Positions 29,676 through 40,107 of a stretch of 64,000 nt of DNA are shown one piece after another; within the stretch, counting starts at the first letter, position 1, and every line of letters begins with the position of its first letter. The notes below the pieces were generated by a model that saw only the letters and a program-made list of their open reading frames with translations, was not told the origin of the DNA and ran no database searches. Position numbers and translations under genes: made by a program. This DNA is from a virus: the IMG/VR virus record IMGVR_UViG_3300010354_000053, positions 32,001 to 96,000 of that record; one strand, written 5' to 3'.

Positions 29676-29694
29676 GTTTATGAAACACTTCAAA

Positions 29695-30849
29695 TTAGCT
29701 GGCTGAAATCAAGTCAATCGAAAAACAAGAATCCGGCATCATTTTAATAAGATGCGCCCCTTCCGATCTCATTTGAATCGAAATCGTCCCGGCGGATGTT
29801 ATTCTAAAAACACCATCGCCTATAACCAAAAAATTTGTGTTTGCAGCTGGCGCTGATTGAGAAACAACGTTTGTTGTTAAACCTGTTTGGTCATAAGAAA
29901 ATGTACTATTTGTTCCGTCGGCAGCTTGTGAAATATTCCAGAACGCGAAGCAGGTAGAAATACCCGCATCTGTTCCGTCAATACGCACACCAACGCCATT
30001 TGTTGCTGTGCTGCTCTGCATCAATCCCCAGAATTTAAATTTATACAGACCTATTGGCAAACTAGCAGAAGTCAATTCGCTGATCGAGCTGTAAGATGTT
30101 GAAGATGTAGTAATTTCGGTATTCAAAAAATAATTATAACGTTGCCCGAATCCAGTACCACCAACTTTGTTATCTACATAGGCTTTAATGGCATCAACAG
30201 ATGGAGACTGATCTGTTTCGTTACCAGAAGTTGAATTCACAACAACCGCTTCGGTTGCCCTGGTAGCAGAGAAGTACAAATTAGTATCGCCTTCTGAAAT
30301 ATTATCTGTATTAATAGATACGTTATTACTTACCGGCAATACGTTATTTACACTTTTTACTACATCGACATCATTAGCTTTTAAAGCTAGAGCGTCAAAG
30401 ACTGCGTTTTGCGACGGGGCAATATTAGTTACGCCGTCAGTGATACTATCTGATATTGCGGTATCTCCGGTGGCAATTATTACATCTCCGGTCAGTCCGT
30501 TTACAGAAGTTACTGGTGCGGATGGATATGGAGGAAGTTGTTCTACGGGTACAAAGCCTGTTGAATCCAGTGTAGCTACACCATTTGCAACTCCCTTTTC
30601 ACTTGCTTGAACTGTTCCGTCAGCAGTATTTAGGCGCTGCCACTCTGTTCCACTAAAAATAATCCAATCCCCAACCTCCCAATTTGATTCATTATCTATA
30701 GAGGTTGAGCCGGCTTGAGAAACTATGTAATAATTTCCTTTTTTCCCAATTCCCGATGTTAACTCTGGATTATTAGATGAGGCGTCCCAAGTCCCTTTAA
30801 AATCAAAAACTCCAAGTTTATTTGCTCCAAATTTTTGAATAAAACTCAT
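29695..30849 (-). CDS. Virion fibre-like structural protein
   Basis: FKGTWDASSNNPEL...GDWIIFSGTEWQ, KGVANGVATLD, VTSVNGLTGDV, TDNISEGDTNLYF. Confidence 0.7.
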   Translation of the reverse strand: MSFIQKFGANKLGVFDFKGTWDASSNNPELTSGIGKKGNYYIVSQAGSTSIDNESNWEVGDWIIFSGTEWQRLNTADGTVQASEKGVANGVATLDSTGFVPVEQLPPYPSAPVTSVNGLTGDVIIATGDTAISDSITDGVTNIAPSQNAVFDALALKANDVDVVKSVNNVLPVSNNVSINTDNISEGDTNLYFSATRATEAVVVNSTSGNETDQSPSVDAIKAYVDNKVGGTGFGQRYNYFLNTEITTSSTSYSSISELTSASLPIGLYKFKFWGLMQSSTATNGVGVRIDGTDAGISTCFAFWNISQAADGTNSTFSYDQTGLTTNVVSQSAPAANTNFLVIGDGVFRITSAGTISIQMRSEGAHLIKMMPDSCFSIDLISAS

Positions 30850-30930
30850 TTTTTGCCTCTTATCATGTTACTAAAATATAAATATCATAAATATGATATC
30901 ATTAAATAATAAAAAAAAGGATTTACTGAA

Positions 30931-31335
30931 ATGTTTGGAATCCAACCAATTGAGTATTTTAGCAACATAAATGATTTTACTTTCATAAAAAGTTGGGAAG
31001 TATCTAGTGGTAGTCCGACCACTTTATACTTCATTTTAACAAAAACCGACGGTTTAGGGAATAGAAGATTTATTATAGACAATTCAACGACAGTCAACGT
31101 TGCGTTTTTACGATCTAGGCCGGCAAAAAGCGGGGAAACCGCTAAAACTATTTCAAAAACTGCAACCGTAGTATCACCTAATGATAAATCGTTATTTCAA
31201 ATAACTTTATCTGCAGATGACGCGGCTACTATTCTTTCGGGTTCTGTACAGTTAATTGTGACAATCGGTGGCGCTCAAAACAAGAGTAGTGTGCCGTATA
31301 TTGTGAAAAAGAGCATTTCTTCCCCAGGATTTTAG
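30931..31335 (+). CDS. Putative structural protein (beta-rich, BppU-like)
   Basis: Beta-strand pattern; located in structural region. Confidence 0.45.
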   Translation: MFGIQPIEYFSNINDFTFIKSWEVSSGSPTTLYFILTKTDGLGNRRFIIDNSTTVNVAFLRSRPAKSGETAKTISKTATVVSPNDKSLFQITLSADDAATILSGSVQLIVTIGGAQNKSSVPYIVKKSISSPGF

Positions 31336-31344
31336 TGTATAATT
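31335..31344 (+). promoter_or_regulatory. Candidate late promoter GTGTATAATT
   Basis: Identical 10-mer at 10057 and 40108. Confidence 0.5.
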
Positions 31345-31385
31345 TTTTGTAGTTTAACACTCTTTCTTTACAGAGGTATTTTAAT

Positions 31386-31913
31386 ATGGCTAGTCCACGT
31401 TTTTCCAAAGTTGCTAAACAGCTCGAAGACAATCTAAAAAACCTTGGCTATTCAAAAGCTAAGGCTAAAGTTGTTTCTCTTGATTCTGATGGCAATGTTA
31501 TTGCTTGGTTGAATCTTTCTTCTGCAGGTTCAGCGGCTGGTGATCTTCAATGCTTCCTCCGTTTCAAGGCTTGGGAAGTTGCTGGTCTTCAATGGCCGGA
31601 TTCAATGAAAACTCAACTCCATGCTGCTGGCCAATTTGCTGAAGGTGCTGCTTTAGTTGAACTCATCGTTGAATCTCCAGCGGCAACGCCTGCTGCTGGT
31701 GGACTTCATAAGTTCCTTCCAGATGTACTTCATGTTCTTCGCGGCCAAAACGGCGCTGCAGTTAAGTTAAAACAAACTGCTGCCGGAACTGCTCCTGCTC
31801 TTGCTCCAAGTGGAGCCCTTGCAACTGCTGCCGCAACATGGGATGCTGCAGGTGTTGAAGTCGGTGTGCTTATGCCTTATGGCCGCGGCACTGCTCCTGG
31901 TTCTTTGGCCTAA
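31386..31913 (+). CDS. Putative virion (head decoration-like) protein
   Basis: Ala/Gly-rich, codon usage like the capsid gene, GAGGT RBS, own terminator. Confidence 0.5.
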   Translation: MASPRFSKVAKQLEDNLKNLGYSKAKAKVVSLDSDGNVIAWLNLSSAGSAAGDLQCFLRFKAWEVAGLQWPDSMKTQLHAAGQFAEGAALVELIVESPAATPAAGGLHKFLPDVLHVLRGQNGAAVKLKQTAAGTAPALAPSGALATAAATWDAAGVEVGVLMPYGRGTAPGSLA

Positions 31914-31917
31914 TTTA

Positions 31918-31943
31918 GTGGGCCGAAAGGCCCATTTATTTTT
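31918..31943 (+). terminator. Terminator-like hairpin
   Basis: TGGGCC-gaaa-GGCCCA then TTTATTTTT. Confidence 0.65.
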
Positions 31944-31963
31944 AAAACATGAGGTAGATAAGC

Positions 31964-32251
31964 ATGGCTCTTTTAACCCCTGAAGTAAAAAAACTTCTAA
32001 ATGATTTTTCAAAATCACAGCCTGCGCTAAACCTTCCCGGCCTTCCTGCGGATCAATCTGGTATCAAACTAGGTGATCTAATTGAAGCGGCTGCGGCTGG
32101 CGAAGTGGCAGATCAATCCGCAGCAATTGCAGCTCTTCAAGCAGCAGTTCTTGCTCTTCAAGGCGCTGTTACTACGCTACAGGGCCAAGTCAGCACTTTA
32201 GAATCAACCGCTGCTGATCACGAAGCTCGCATTACAGCTCTTGAACCGTAA
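31964..32251 (+). CDS. Small coiled-coil virion protein
   Basis: Heptad repeats ending DHEARITALE. Confidence 0.6.
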   Translation: MALLTPEVKKLLNDFSKSQPALNLPGLPADQSGIKLGDLIEAAAAGEVADQSAAIAALQAAVLALQGAVTTLQGQVSTLESTAADHEARITALEP

Positions 32252-32264
32252 GAAGAGGTGGTAG

Positions 32265-33224
32265 ATGAAAAAAAGTGAACTGTTTCAGAACATCGATACA
32301 CTGATGACTGAAGTTTTAGATCTCAAAAAATCTTGGGATTCTAAAATGGAAAAAGCGGAAGATGAGCCTAGTGATGCGCAAGAAGACGCAGTTCATATGG
32401 CAGATCATGGAGAAGACGAAGAAAGCCTTGCTGGATATGCAAAAAAACTTTCTGACGAAGAACTCCATGAATTAATTTCTTCTTTAGTCGAAGAAGCTGA
32501 AGGTCGTGGTAGCGATGAAGGCGGCGAAGAGCCATCCGAAGAGCCAGAAATGGAAAAGGCCGAAGATGAATCTTCCGAAGAAGAAATGAGTGATGAGGAA
32601 GAAGAAGACAAGGAAGATTCTGAATCCGAAGAAGCCGAAAAATCAGAAGACGGAGACCTCGATTCCAAAGTAGCGGAACTTTCTGACGAAGAAATTAAAA
32701 CGCTTATGTCTGCTGTTCAGGCTGAACTTGCTAAGCGAGGCGGAGACGCTGCTGAAAAATCTATGGACCCGTCAAAAATTAAGGCCGATCCTAAAGCCCC
32801 TTCCGAAGAGCAAAATAAGAAACACGAAGAGTGGCTTGCTAGTAGAAAGAAAGAAGAAGATGAGTCTTCTGAGAAAATGGAAAAAAGCTTAAAGGCAGCT
32901 CTTAAAAAGATTGATGACCTAACTGCACAAGTTGCTGCTCTTAAAAAGAGCAGTGCAAAAAAAGTCGAGCAAGGTTCTGTTGTTCCTGCTCAAAAATATG
33001 CAGATCCAAAAATTACTGTTCTTGAAAAATCATCATCTGATTCTTCAAAAGAAGTAATGACTGGTGCAACTTTGGCGAACTGGCTCATCAGCGAGCAGGC
33101 TGCTGGTAACAAGAAAGTTAATTCTGACCTAGTTACTAAAGCCAACCTATCCAAGTCTGTTGAAGACGCTAGCGAGTTCTATAAAGAACTTGAAAGAATT
33201 GGTATTAAAGCTCCTCGTTCATAA
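32265..33224 (+). CDS. Capsid scaffold protein
   Basis: Highly acidic, helical, about 10 K-S/K-A protease-type sites, internal repeat LSDEE(L/I). Confidence 0.7.
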   Translation: MKKSELFQNIDTLMTEVLDLKKSWDSKMEKAEDEPSDAQEDAVHMADHGEDEESLAGYAKKLSDEELHELISSLVEEAEGRGSDEGGEEPSEEPEMEKAEDESSEEEMSDEEEEDKEDSESEEAEKSEDGDLDSKVAELSDEEIKTLMSAVQAELAKRGGDAAEKSMDPSKIKADPKAPSEEQNKKHEEWLASRKKEEDESSEKMEKSLKAALKKIDDLTAQVAALKKSSAKKVEQGSVVPAQKYADPKITVLEKSSSDSSKEVMTGATLANWLISEQAAGNKKVNSDLVTKANLSKSVEDASEFYKELERIGIKAPRS

Positions 33225-33256
33225 TCCTATCCCTCCCCTATGAACTAGGAATTTCG

Positions 33257-33290
33257 CCCCTAAGATTTTTTCTTAGGGGTTTTCTTTTTT
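33257..33290 (+). terminator. Rho-independent terminator
   Basis: CCCCTAAGA/TCTTAGGGG stem followed by T-rich tail. Confidence 0.8.
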
Positions 33291-33319
33291 GTTAATTATG
33301 CGTAACATTATCGGCAGAG

Positions 33320-33598
33320 GTGGATATGGAACCGAAACTTATACGTTTATTGTGCAAATCTTGTAGGCATTCGTTATTATGTTGGGAAGACAAAAAACCT
33401 ACTAATTGCCCAGAGTGTAATGCTGCCGAATTAAAACCTGTAATTTCTGCGGCAACAGTTCCGGTTACAACTGGACATATGGTGGAATACCTGTACGACA
33501 ATGTAGATACAATAGACTCATTTGTTTCCGAGCAAGCTAGTATCGAAGAGCAAGAGCGAGATTTGGATAAATTAGGGAAGGGACGAAGAAACGTATGA
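33320..33598 (+). CDS. Zn-ribbon protein
   Basis: CKSC...CPEC; ATGA overlap with helicase. Confidence 0.65.
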   Translation: MDMEPKLIRLLCKSCRHSLLCWEDKKPTNCPECNAAELKPVISAATVPVTTGHMVEYLYDNVDTIDSFVSEQASIEEQERDLDKLGKGRRNV

Positions 33599-34959
33599 GC
33601 TCCGAAATTAAAGATAATATTGTTAATTTTGATGCTAGGTTTCTCAAAGGGGCAATTCTTCGTTTAGTGTTGCAGCCAGCAATGATTGACAAATACCGTG
33701 AATATTTATATCCGGAAATGTTTGATATTGGCGACGAAAATCAGTCATTATTTCGTATTGCAAAAGTACTGCTAGATCGCTCTAAGAATGAACCTGTATC
33801 TATGGAAGCACTATTAGGCTGGCTAAACCTACAGCCTTCGGGAGATGGGCGCGATGCAAGTATGCAGCTGGCCGAAAAAATGCGATTAGATGCAGATTTG
33901 TATAAGTTTGCACAAAACGACGGCTATTTTGCTGAATTCTTGCGATACCTCAAGGCACAAACTTTTATTAATTCACACAAATCGGTTACTAAAAAATTTA
34001 AAAATACTGATTTTGATTCCGCTTATCGAGATCTTGAAGTAACACTTAGCAAAATCAAGTCGATTGGTACCGAAGAAGAAGAAACTGTAAATTGGGAGAC
34101 TGCCCATAAATTTTTAGAAGAAAACTCACAAAAACGGTATAAACGATTTAAAATTGGTATTACTGATTTTGATACTATGGCTGGCTTTGAAGAACAGTCT
34201 ATGAATTTGTTTATCTCTACTTCTGGTGGGGGCAAGAGCATGATGTCCATCCACCTAATTGTTCAAGCTGTTCGACAGCAAAAACACGTGCACGCAATCT
34301 TTGTAGAAGATCGCCAACCAACTATTTTGCGTCGTTTATATGCAAACATGACTGGCATTCCTATTAATGAATTATCTAAATATACTGATCTATCTCAAGA
34401 CAAAAAGAATGCTATTCGTGCAGCATCTGTTGAGTTACAAAAATATGTAACGATTGATTTTGTATATCAAAATCCACCATCTTCTATTTTGCAAAAAATA
34501 TCTGAAAAAAATCGTGAACGCAGAAATCAAGGATTACCAGAAAATAAAGTTGTAATCATTGACTACATTCAACATATTGGACATATGGCCCCGGGCGATA
34601 GCATGCATGAAAAACTCCATCGTGCTATGGCAGATTTTAAGGATTTTTGTTTAAAACATCATATGATTGGGTTTACGCACTTCCAAGTAAATCGTTCTGG
34701 CGCTGCAATGCTGCGCAATAACGACGAAAATCAATTAATTGACATGAGTATGATTTCGGGTTCATATAATGCTTGCTTTGTGGCCGATAATATTATTTCT
34801 ATTAATAGAACCCCACAAATGCGTATCGATAATGAAGCAGTCCTGTACGTTATCAAAGGGCGGGAAGGATGTAATGAAAATAAATATAAAGTTAAAACAG
34901 ACTTTGCCTACGGTATTTATCGTATGGAAACTGCTGAAAAACTGGAAGATGTTCTCTGA
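33595..34959 (+). CDS. dnaB: Replicative helicase, DnaB/gp41 family
   Basis: STSGGGKS, VIIDYI, FQVNR, KGREG. Confidence 0.88.
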   Translation: MSSEIKDNIVNFDARFLKGAILRLVLQPAMIDKYREYLYPEMFDIGDENQSLFRIAKVLLDRSKNEPVSMEALLGWLNLQPSGDGRDASMQLAEKMRLDADLYKFAQNDGYFAEFLRYLKAQTFINSHKSVTKKFKNTDFDSAYRDLEVTLSKIKSIGTEEEETVNWETAHKFLEENSQKRYKRFKIGITDFDTMAGFEEQSMNLFISTSGGGKSMMSIHLIVQAVRQQKHVHAIFVEDRQPTILRRLYANMTGIPINELSKYTDLSQDKKNAIRAASVELQKYVTIDFVYQNPPSSILQKISEKNRERRNQGLPENKVVIIDYIQHIGHMAPGDSMHEKLHRAMADFKDFCLKHHMIGFTHFQVNRSGAAMLRNNDENQLIDMSMISGSYNACFVADNIISINRTPQMRIDNEAVLYVIKGREGCNENKYKVKTDFAYGIYRMETAEKLEDVL

Positions 34960-35069
34960 AGTGTATTTGCATAATCAAAACAATGTTTTAAATATTTTAG
35001 TATTAAATTTTTAAATACCCGAGCGACAATAGAACTCTAGTCTAGATTTCTAATGGGAGCATTTTTTCG

Positions 35070-36050
35070 ATGCAAGCTTTGCCAAAAATTTTGCAGAAGC
35101 GGACGAATTTTAGACCATTTATATACCCAACAGCCTTCGATATTTTTGAAAAACAGCAAAAAGCACATTGGAATCCTTCAGAAGTTGAAATGGATGCTGA
35201 TGTCCACCAGTACCACACTGAATTTTCTGAAAAAGAAAAACATGCAATTACAACTATCTTAAAAATTTTCACGCAAACAGAAAATATTGTAGCTGATTAT
35301 TGGACAAATGTTGTTGCCAAATGGTTTGTCCAGCCGGAAATTTGTATGATGGCAAACACATTTGCTTCATTCGAAGCAATTCATGCACAGGCATATGACA
35401 AGCTTAATACTGCTCTTGGTCTTGATACAAAAGAATTTTATTTGTCGTTTCTTGATGATGAAGATTTAAAACATAAAACAGAATTTATTGAATCTAAAAT
35501 GAAGATCAACGACGTAACTGACCTGCCGTTATCCCTTGCCGTTTTTTCCGGCTTTACTGAAGGCGTATCGTTATTTAGCTCATTTGCAATTCTATTAAAT
35601 TTTCAACGTTTTAATAAACTAAAAGACGTAGCAAATATTATTAGTTGGTCTATTCGAGATGAGAGCCTTCATTCTTCTGCCGGATGCTGGCTATTTAAAA
35701 CACTTGTCGCTGAAATCAACTATTCTAAAGAACAGATAGCTGTTCTTGAAGAAGAAGTAAAAACTGCAGCAGAGCATATTCACGATATGGAAATGATTTA
35801 TATCGATAAAATCTTCTTGGAAGACGAACTTGAAGGATTGAAAAAAGACGATATGAAAAACTTTATCAAACATCGTATCAATCAAAAAATGCGCGATCTT
35901 GGATTTAATGACATTTATACTAATCTTCCAACAGATAAAGTCGGTTCGTGGTTTAATCCTCTGAACCAAGCCGTAGAATTTGTAGACTTCTTTGAAGCTA
36001 GGTCTACAAATTATGTCAAAGGTTGGAATTTCGGCAACATTAGCTGGTAA
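35070..36050 (+). CDS. nrdB: Ribonucleotide reductase class Ia beta subunit
   Basis: HWNPSEV, EAIHAQAY, EGVSLFSSF, RDESLH, DFFEARSTNY. Confidence 0.95.
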   Translation: MQALPKILQKRTNFRPFIYPTAFDIFEKQQKAHWNPSEVEMDADVHQYHTEFSEKEKHAITTILKIFTQTENIVADYWTNVVAKWFVQPEICMMANTFASFEAIHAQAYDKLNTALGLDTKEFYLSFLDDEDLKHKTEFIESKMKINDVTDLPLSLAVFSGFTEGVSLFSSFAILLNFQRFNKLKDVANIISWSIRDESLHSSAGCWLFKTLVAEINYSKEQIAVLEEEVKTAAEHIHDMEMIYIDKIFLEDELEGLKKDDMKNFIKHRINQKMRDLGFNDIYTNLPTDKVGSWFNPLNQAVEFVDFFEARSTNYVKGWNFGNISW

Positions 36051-36080
36051 GCATCACCCTCCTACAAGAGAATATAAATT

Positions 36081-37748
36081 ATGAAACTAAAAGACCTAAA
36101 GTCTTCCCTCGAAGCTCCCCAATGGCTTACTGAAGAAGGATTCATTACTCTTTCTAAGGGATATTTACTACCAGAAGAAACGCCAAAGGGTATGTACAGG
36201 CGTGTTGCTAAGGCAGCTGCCTCTTATTTGCCGAATAATCAAAAAAAATGGGAAGAAGATTTCTTTAACGTTATTTGGAATAATTGGCTTTGCCTCGCCA
36301 CTCCGGTTGCATCTAACTTTGGCGCTGAGCGCGGACTACCAATCAGTTGTTTTGGTAGTTATGTTGACGACAGTATTTATTCTATCTTCGATAAAAATCT
36401 TGAAGTTGCAGTTCTTAGTAAGCATGGTGGTGGCACTTCTAGTTTTCTTGGTGACGTGCGTGGGCGCGGTTCTTTGATTAATGGCGGTGGTTCTAGTAAC
36501 GGAACCACTAGTTGGGTCGAAGTATTACGCACAACCGTTAACCAAGTATCACAAAACGGCATTCGCCGTGGTCAACATGCTACATACATTCCAATCGATC
36601 ATGATGATTTTGATGAATTTGTTGATGTAAGAAAACACTTAGATGGTATCCATCTTGGCGTAAGTATTACTGATGAATTTTTGCAAAAATGCGAAAACGG
36701 AGACCAAGAAGCGCTTCGTCGTTGGTTCAAACTATTAAAGGCAAGAATGGAAACTGGCGAGCCTTACATTCTTTTTATTGATCGTGTTAATAAACAAAAC
36801 CCCCCTATGTACGCAAAAAATAATCTAAGCGTCAAAGCAAGCAATCTTTGCTCAGAAATTGTTTTGCACTCCGATGCAGAACACTCTTTTGTTTGTTGTT
36901 TGTCTTCTATGAATCTAGCAAAATGGGATGAATGGAAAGATACCAATGCAGTGTTTGTGGCGACCGTATTTTTAGATTGTGTAATGGAAGAATTTATTCG
37001 AAAGGCTTCTAAAATTCGAGGAATCGAAGCGGCGGTGCGCTTTGCGCAAAAATCAAGAGCGCTTGGTTTGGGTGTATTGGGCTATCACACATATTTACAG
37101 CACAATATGATTTCGTTCGATAGCTTGCAGGCAAGAATATTCAACCACACTTGGGCTAAATATATCAAAACTGAAGCGCAAAAAGCTACTGAATGGATGG
37201 CGCAAGAACTTGGCGAACCAGAATGGTGTAAAGGGTTTGGAGTTCGCAACACACATTTGCTTGCAATTGCACCTACAACATCCAATGCAATTATTTCAGG
37301 AGGTGTTTCTCAAGGAATTGAGCCAATCGTGGCTAATGCGTATGTACAAAAAACCGCAAAAGGGACTTTCATTAGAAAAAACCCTACTCTGGTGCAATAT
37401 CTAGATAAATTAAGTCTAAACACTGATGATATTTGGGAAAAAATTATCGATAATAACGGTAGTATTTCAGATATCATTGGTATTAGCGAAGAAGCTAAAG
37501 AAGTATTTAAAACTGCTTATGAAATTAACCAAAAAGAAATTATTTTTCAGGCTAATCAAAGGCAGAAGTATATTTGCCAGGCACAGTCCTTAAATTTATT
37601 CTTTGATGCTAATGAAAGTCCTGAGTGGATTCATAAAATCCACAAAGAGGCTGCGTTAATGCCAAACATTAAATCTTTATATTACGTAAGATCGATGGCT
37701 GGTATTAAAGCTGAAAAAGCTGAGGCTTGCAAAAGCTGCGAGGGTTAG
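36081..37748 (+). CDS. nrdA: Ribonucleotide reductase class Ia alpha subunit (compact, no ATP cone)
   Basis: PISCF, SNLCSEI, APTTSN, SLYYVR, C-terminal CKSCEG. Confidence 0.95.
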   Translation: MKLKDLKSSLEAPQWLTEEGFITLSKGYLLPEETPKGMYRRVAKAAASYLPNNQKKWEEDFFNVIWNNWLCLATPVASNFGAERGLPISCFGSYVDDSIYSIFDKNLEVAVLSKHGGGTSSFLGDVRGRGSLINGGGSSNGTTSWVEVLRTTVNQVSQNGIRRGQHATYIPIDHDDFDEFVDVRKHLDGIHLGVSITDEFLQKCENGDQEALRRWFKLLKARMETGEPYILFIDRVNKQNPPMYAKNNLSVKASNLCSEIVLHSDAEHSFVCCLSSMNLAKWDEWKDTNAVFVATVFLDCVMEEFIRKASKIRGIEAAVRFAQKSRALGLGVLGYHTYLQHNMISFDSLQARIFNHTWAKYIKTEAQKATEWMAQELGEPEWCKGFGVRNTHLLAIAPTTSNAIISGGVSQGIEPIVANAYVQKTAKGTFIRKNPTLVQYLDKLSLNTDDIWEKIIDNNGSISDIIGISEEAKEVFKTAYEINQKEIIFQANQRQKYICQAQSLNLFFDANESPEWIHKIHKEAALMPNIKSLYYVRSMAGIKAEKAEACKSCEG

Positions 37749-37749
37749 T

Positions 37750-37793
37750 CATAATACCCTCGATTTGGCATTATTGTCGCGGAGGGTGTTATG
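37750..37793 (+). promoter_or_regulatory. RBS-sequestering hairpin
   Basis: CATAATACCCTC pairs with GAGGGTGTTATG, covering SD and ATG of the 37791 gene. Confidence 0.55.
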
Positions 37794-38318
37794 AATTTAT
37801 TTGTTATTGGGAACCAAAAAGAAAGCGCTCAAGCTCTTGATGACCGTCGTTTGGTAAAAATGACAGTTGAAACTTTACAGTTGTTTGCATACGCTATGAA
37901 CAACTTGGAAATTTCCGACTCGTTTTATCCAATTTCAAAAGAAACTGGCCTGCCATATAAGTCAAAAAACTCCCACACTAAACATCCGGTAACCTTGTGG
38001 CTACAAAAATCTGTTGGAAACTTTGACTGGATGTTTATTTATCTGCAAGAAATGATGGCAGAATACGAGCATCGCTTTAATAAGCCGTCATTCGTTGACC
38101 CAATTAACTTAGAGCGCATCCAATCTGCTAGAGGCTTGTGGCCAGTCGGTCAACTCACACCTTTTGCAAACTGTTCATTACACCAAGATATCGAAGATAC
38201 TCTAGTTGCCTATAAGAAAACACTAGTGGACAAGTGGAAAAAAGGAGAACTTTCTACTAAAACCATTCCACGGTGGACAAAGCGGGGGCGACCAAACTTT
38301 GAGCTCACATCATGCTGA
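37791..38318 (+). CDS. Pyrimidine-dimer DNA glycosylase / endonuclease V-like protein
   Basis: MNLF...SAQALDDRRLVKMTVETLQL, HPVTLW, EYEHRF, WTKRGRP. Confidence 0.75.
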   Translation: MNLFVIGNQKESAQALDDRRLVKMTVETLQLFAYAMNNLEISDSFYPISKETGLPYKSKNSHTKHPVTLWLQKSVGNFDWMFIYLQEMMAEYEHRFNKPSFVDPINLERIQSARGLWPVGQLTPFANCSLHQDIEDTLVAYKKTLVDKWKKGELSTKTIPRWTKRGRPNFELTSC

Positions 38319-39399
38319 AACAGCAATTATAAACATCCTAGATAAATATGCGATTGATTATAAAGCCAATCGCAGATCTTTGATTTTGAAGTTTTGTCCT
38401 AGCTGCGGCAAAAGTAAGTATTCTGTTTGGCTATTAAAACCTGAAGACGATGAAACTAAAGTATTTGGTCAATGCTGGGTTTGCGGTGCAAAGTTCTCAC
38501 TACTTAAATATCTTGTTGATTGCGGTGCCGATAGTTATAAAAAAATTCGTTCAGAGTTATTTGGACGACAAATATCTAAACCAAATGCGGGCATGTTTGA
38601 TCTTGATGAACCTATGCCGCATACACCGATTAATCAACCTCATGAAACTTTAAAACTGCAGCATTGTCCTATTCCTGGAACATTTCATAAAGTATATGAT
38701 TGGCCAAGTAATCCTGTATCTGTTTACGCAAGACGGCGCGGTGTTGTTGGTGATTTAACACATGAAGTATTTATTGATCCATTTGCAAGAGCTGTTGCAT
38801 TTCCTATTTACTGTTTTGATACTTTAGTTGGTTTTCAAAAACGTTTCATTTCACCAGACGCAAGAATAAAAGTTCATACTGACGCAAATCTGCCTAAAGC
38901 TCATGCATTTGTAAAATTTGGCGAAATACAAGATCCAATATGCGTAGTAGAGGGACCGTTCGATGCTATTTCAGCAGTATGGTTTGGGTATTATGGGATA
39001 GCTACAATGGGAGCGCAGATATCTGCATCTCAGGCAAGGCAAATTGCAATGATGGCCATGGAACAGAATCCAGATAACCCAAAGGTATATATAGGTCTAG
39101 ATCCTGATGAAGCCGGGGAAAATGGCTCTTGCAAACTCGCCAGGTTCTTAGATTTTTATGGTGTGAAGTATGAACGCGTTGTTCCTAGAATTGAGACCGA
39201 GGATTTCAACTCTATGCTAGTCAAATATTCAGGATTAGATCTTGAAACACAAGATAAATTGCTAAAAATTACAAATCTGGTAGAATCAAAATATTGGTGG
39301 ACTCCAAATGTATTAAGAATAGATGATATTTTTGAACAACAAAAAGTGCAGAAAATGAACAAAATGCTAAAAGACTTAGGAGAACAGAACAAAAAATGA
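38299..39399 (+). CDS. DNA primase (Zn finger + TOPRIM)
   Basis: CPSC...CWVC; VVEGPFDAIS; LDPDEAG; DFN. Confidence 0.88.
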   Translation: MSSHHAETAIINILDKYAIDYKANRRSLILKFCPSCGKSKYSVWLLKPEDDETKVFGQCWVCGAKFSLLKYLVDCGADSYKKIRSELFGRQISKPNAGMFDLDEPMPHTPINQPHETLKLQHCPIPGTFHKVYDWPSNPVSVYARRRGVVGDLTHEVFIDPFARAVAFPIYCFDTLVGFQKRFISPDARIKVHTDANLPKAHAFVKFGEIQDPICVVEGPFDAISAVWFGYYGIATMGAQISASQARQIAMMAMEQNPDNPKVYIGLDPDEAGENGSCKLARFLDFYGVKYERVVPRIETEDFNSMLVKYSGLDLETQDKLLKITNLVESKYWWTPNVLRIDDIFEQQKVQKMNKMLKDLGEQNKK

Positions 39400-39635
39400 A
39401 CCCACAACGTTTTATTTATCAAGTCCGTAAAAACGATACTGAACACTATATTGCAAGAATGGACTTAAATGCTAATTCTGAGCTACAAATGCGAAAAATT
39501 GGCGAATTAGAATGGTTTGTTGTGTCCCCTTGGGATGAACTATCAAATAAAACTAAGCCTATTAGCGACTGGCTTGGACAAAATGAAATAAAAAATTTTC
39601 TTTACAACAACGGGCTTTCAAACTCAATATTATGA
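39396..39635 (+). CDS. Hypothetical protein
   Basis: ATGA-coupled; resembles next ORF. Confidence 0.55.
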   Translation: MNPQRFIYQVRKNDTEHYIARMDLNANSELQMRKIGELEWFVVSPWDELSNKTKPISDWLGQNEIKNFLYNNGLSNSIL

Positions 39636-39925
39636 ATTATTTGTATAAAGTTTATCAAAAATTAAATTTTAACAAAAACACAAACGCCTATGAGGTAGAG
39701 TCTTGGGAGGTACATAGATTAAATCCCGAGACACTTGAAATTTTTTATTTATCAGGTTTAACAAGTACAATAGGTCGTTTTGACCTTTGGCTCCCTGTGT
39801 ATCCTTCCATGCTAATCAATCTAGCCGCTATGACGGAAGACTTTCTTTCAATAGAAGATACTATTTATTTTTTAGAGAAAAATGAGCAAAAAAAGCTGTC
39901 CGCTAAGCTCATGAATCATATTTAA
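39632..39925 (+). CDS. Hypothetical protein
   Basis: ATGA-coupled. Confidence 0.55.
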   Translation: MNYLYKVYQKLNFNKNTNAYEVESWEVHRLNPETLEIFYLSGLTSTIGRFDLWLPVYPSMLINLAAMTEDFLSIEDTIYFLEKNEQKKLSAKLMNHI

Positions 39926-40107
39926 AGCTTATCTATCAACAATAAATATTACTCATGAACCATTTGTTGTTAATGCAAAACAATCTCATTTTATAATATT
40001 GATATGAATAAAATCTAATTATATTAGATATTTAACTTTGAATGTCATTTTATTTAAAAAAACTGGACATTTAATTAAATTGTCACTTTTTTTGTTTATG
40101 AATCTGT

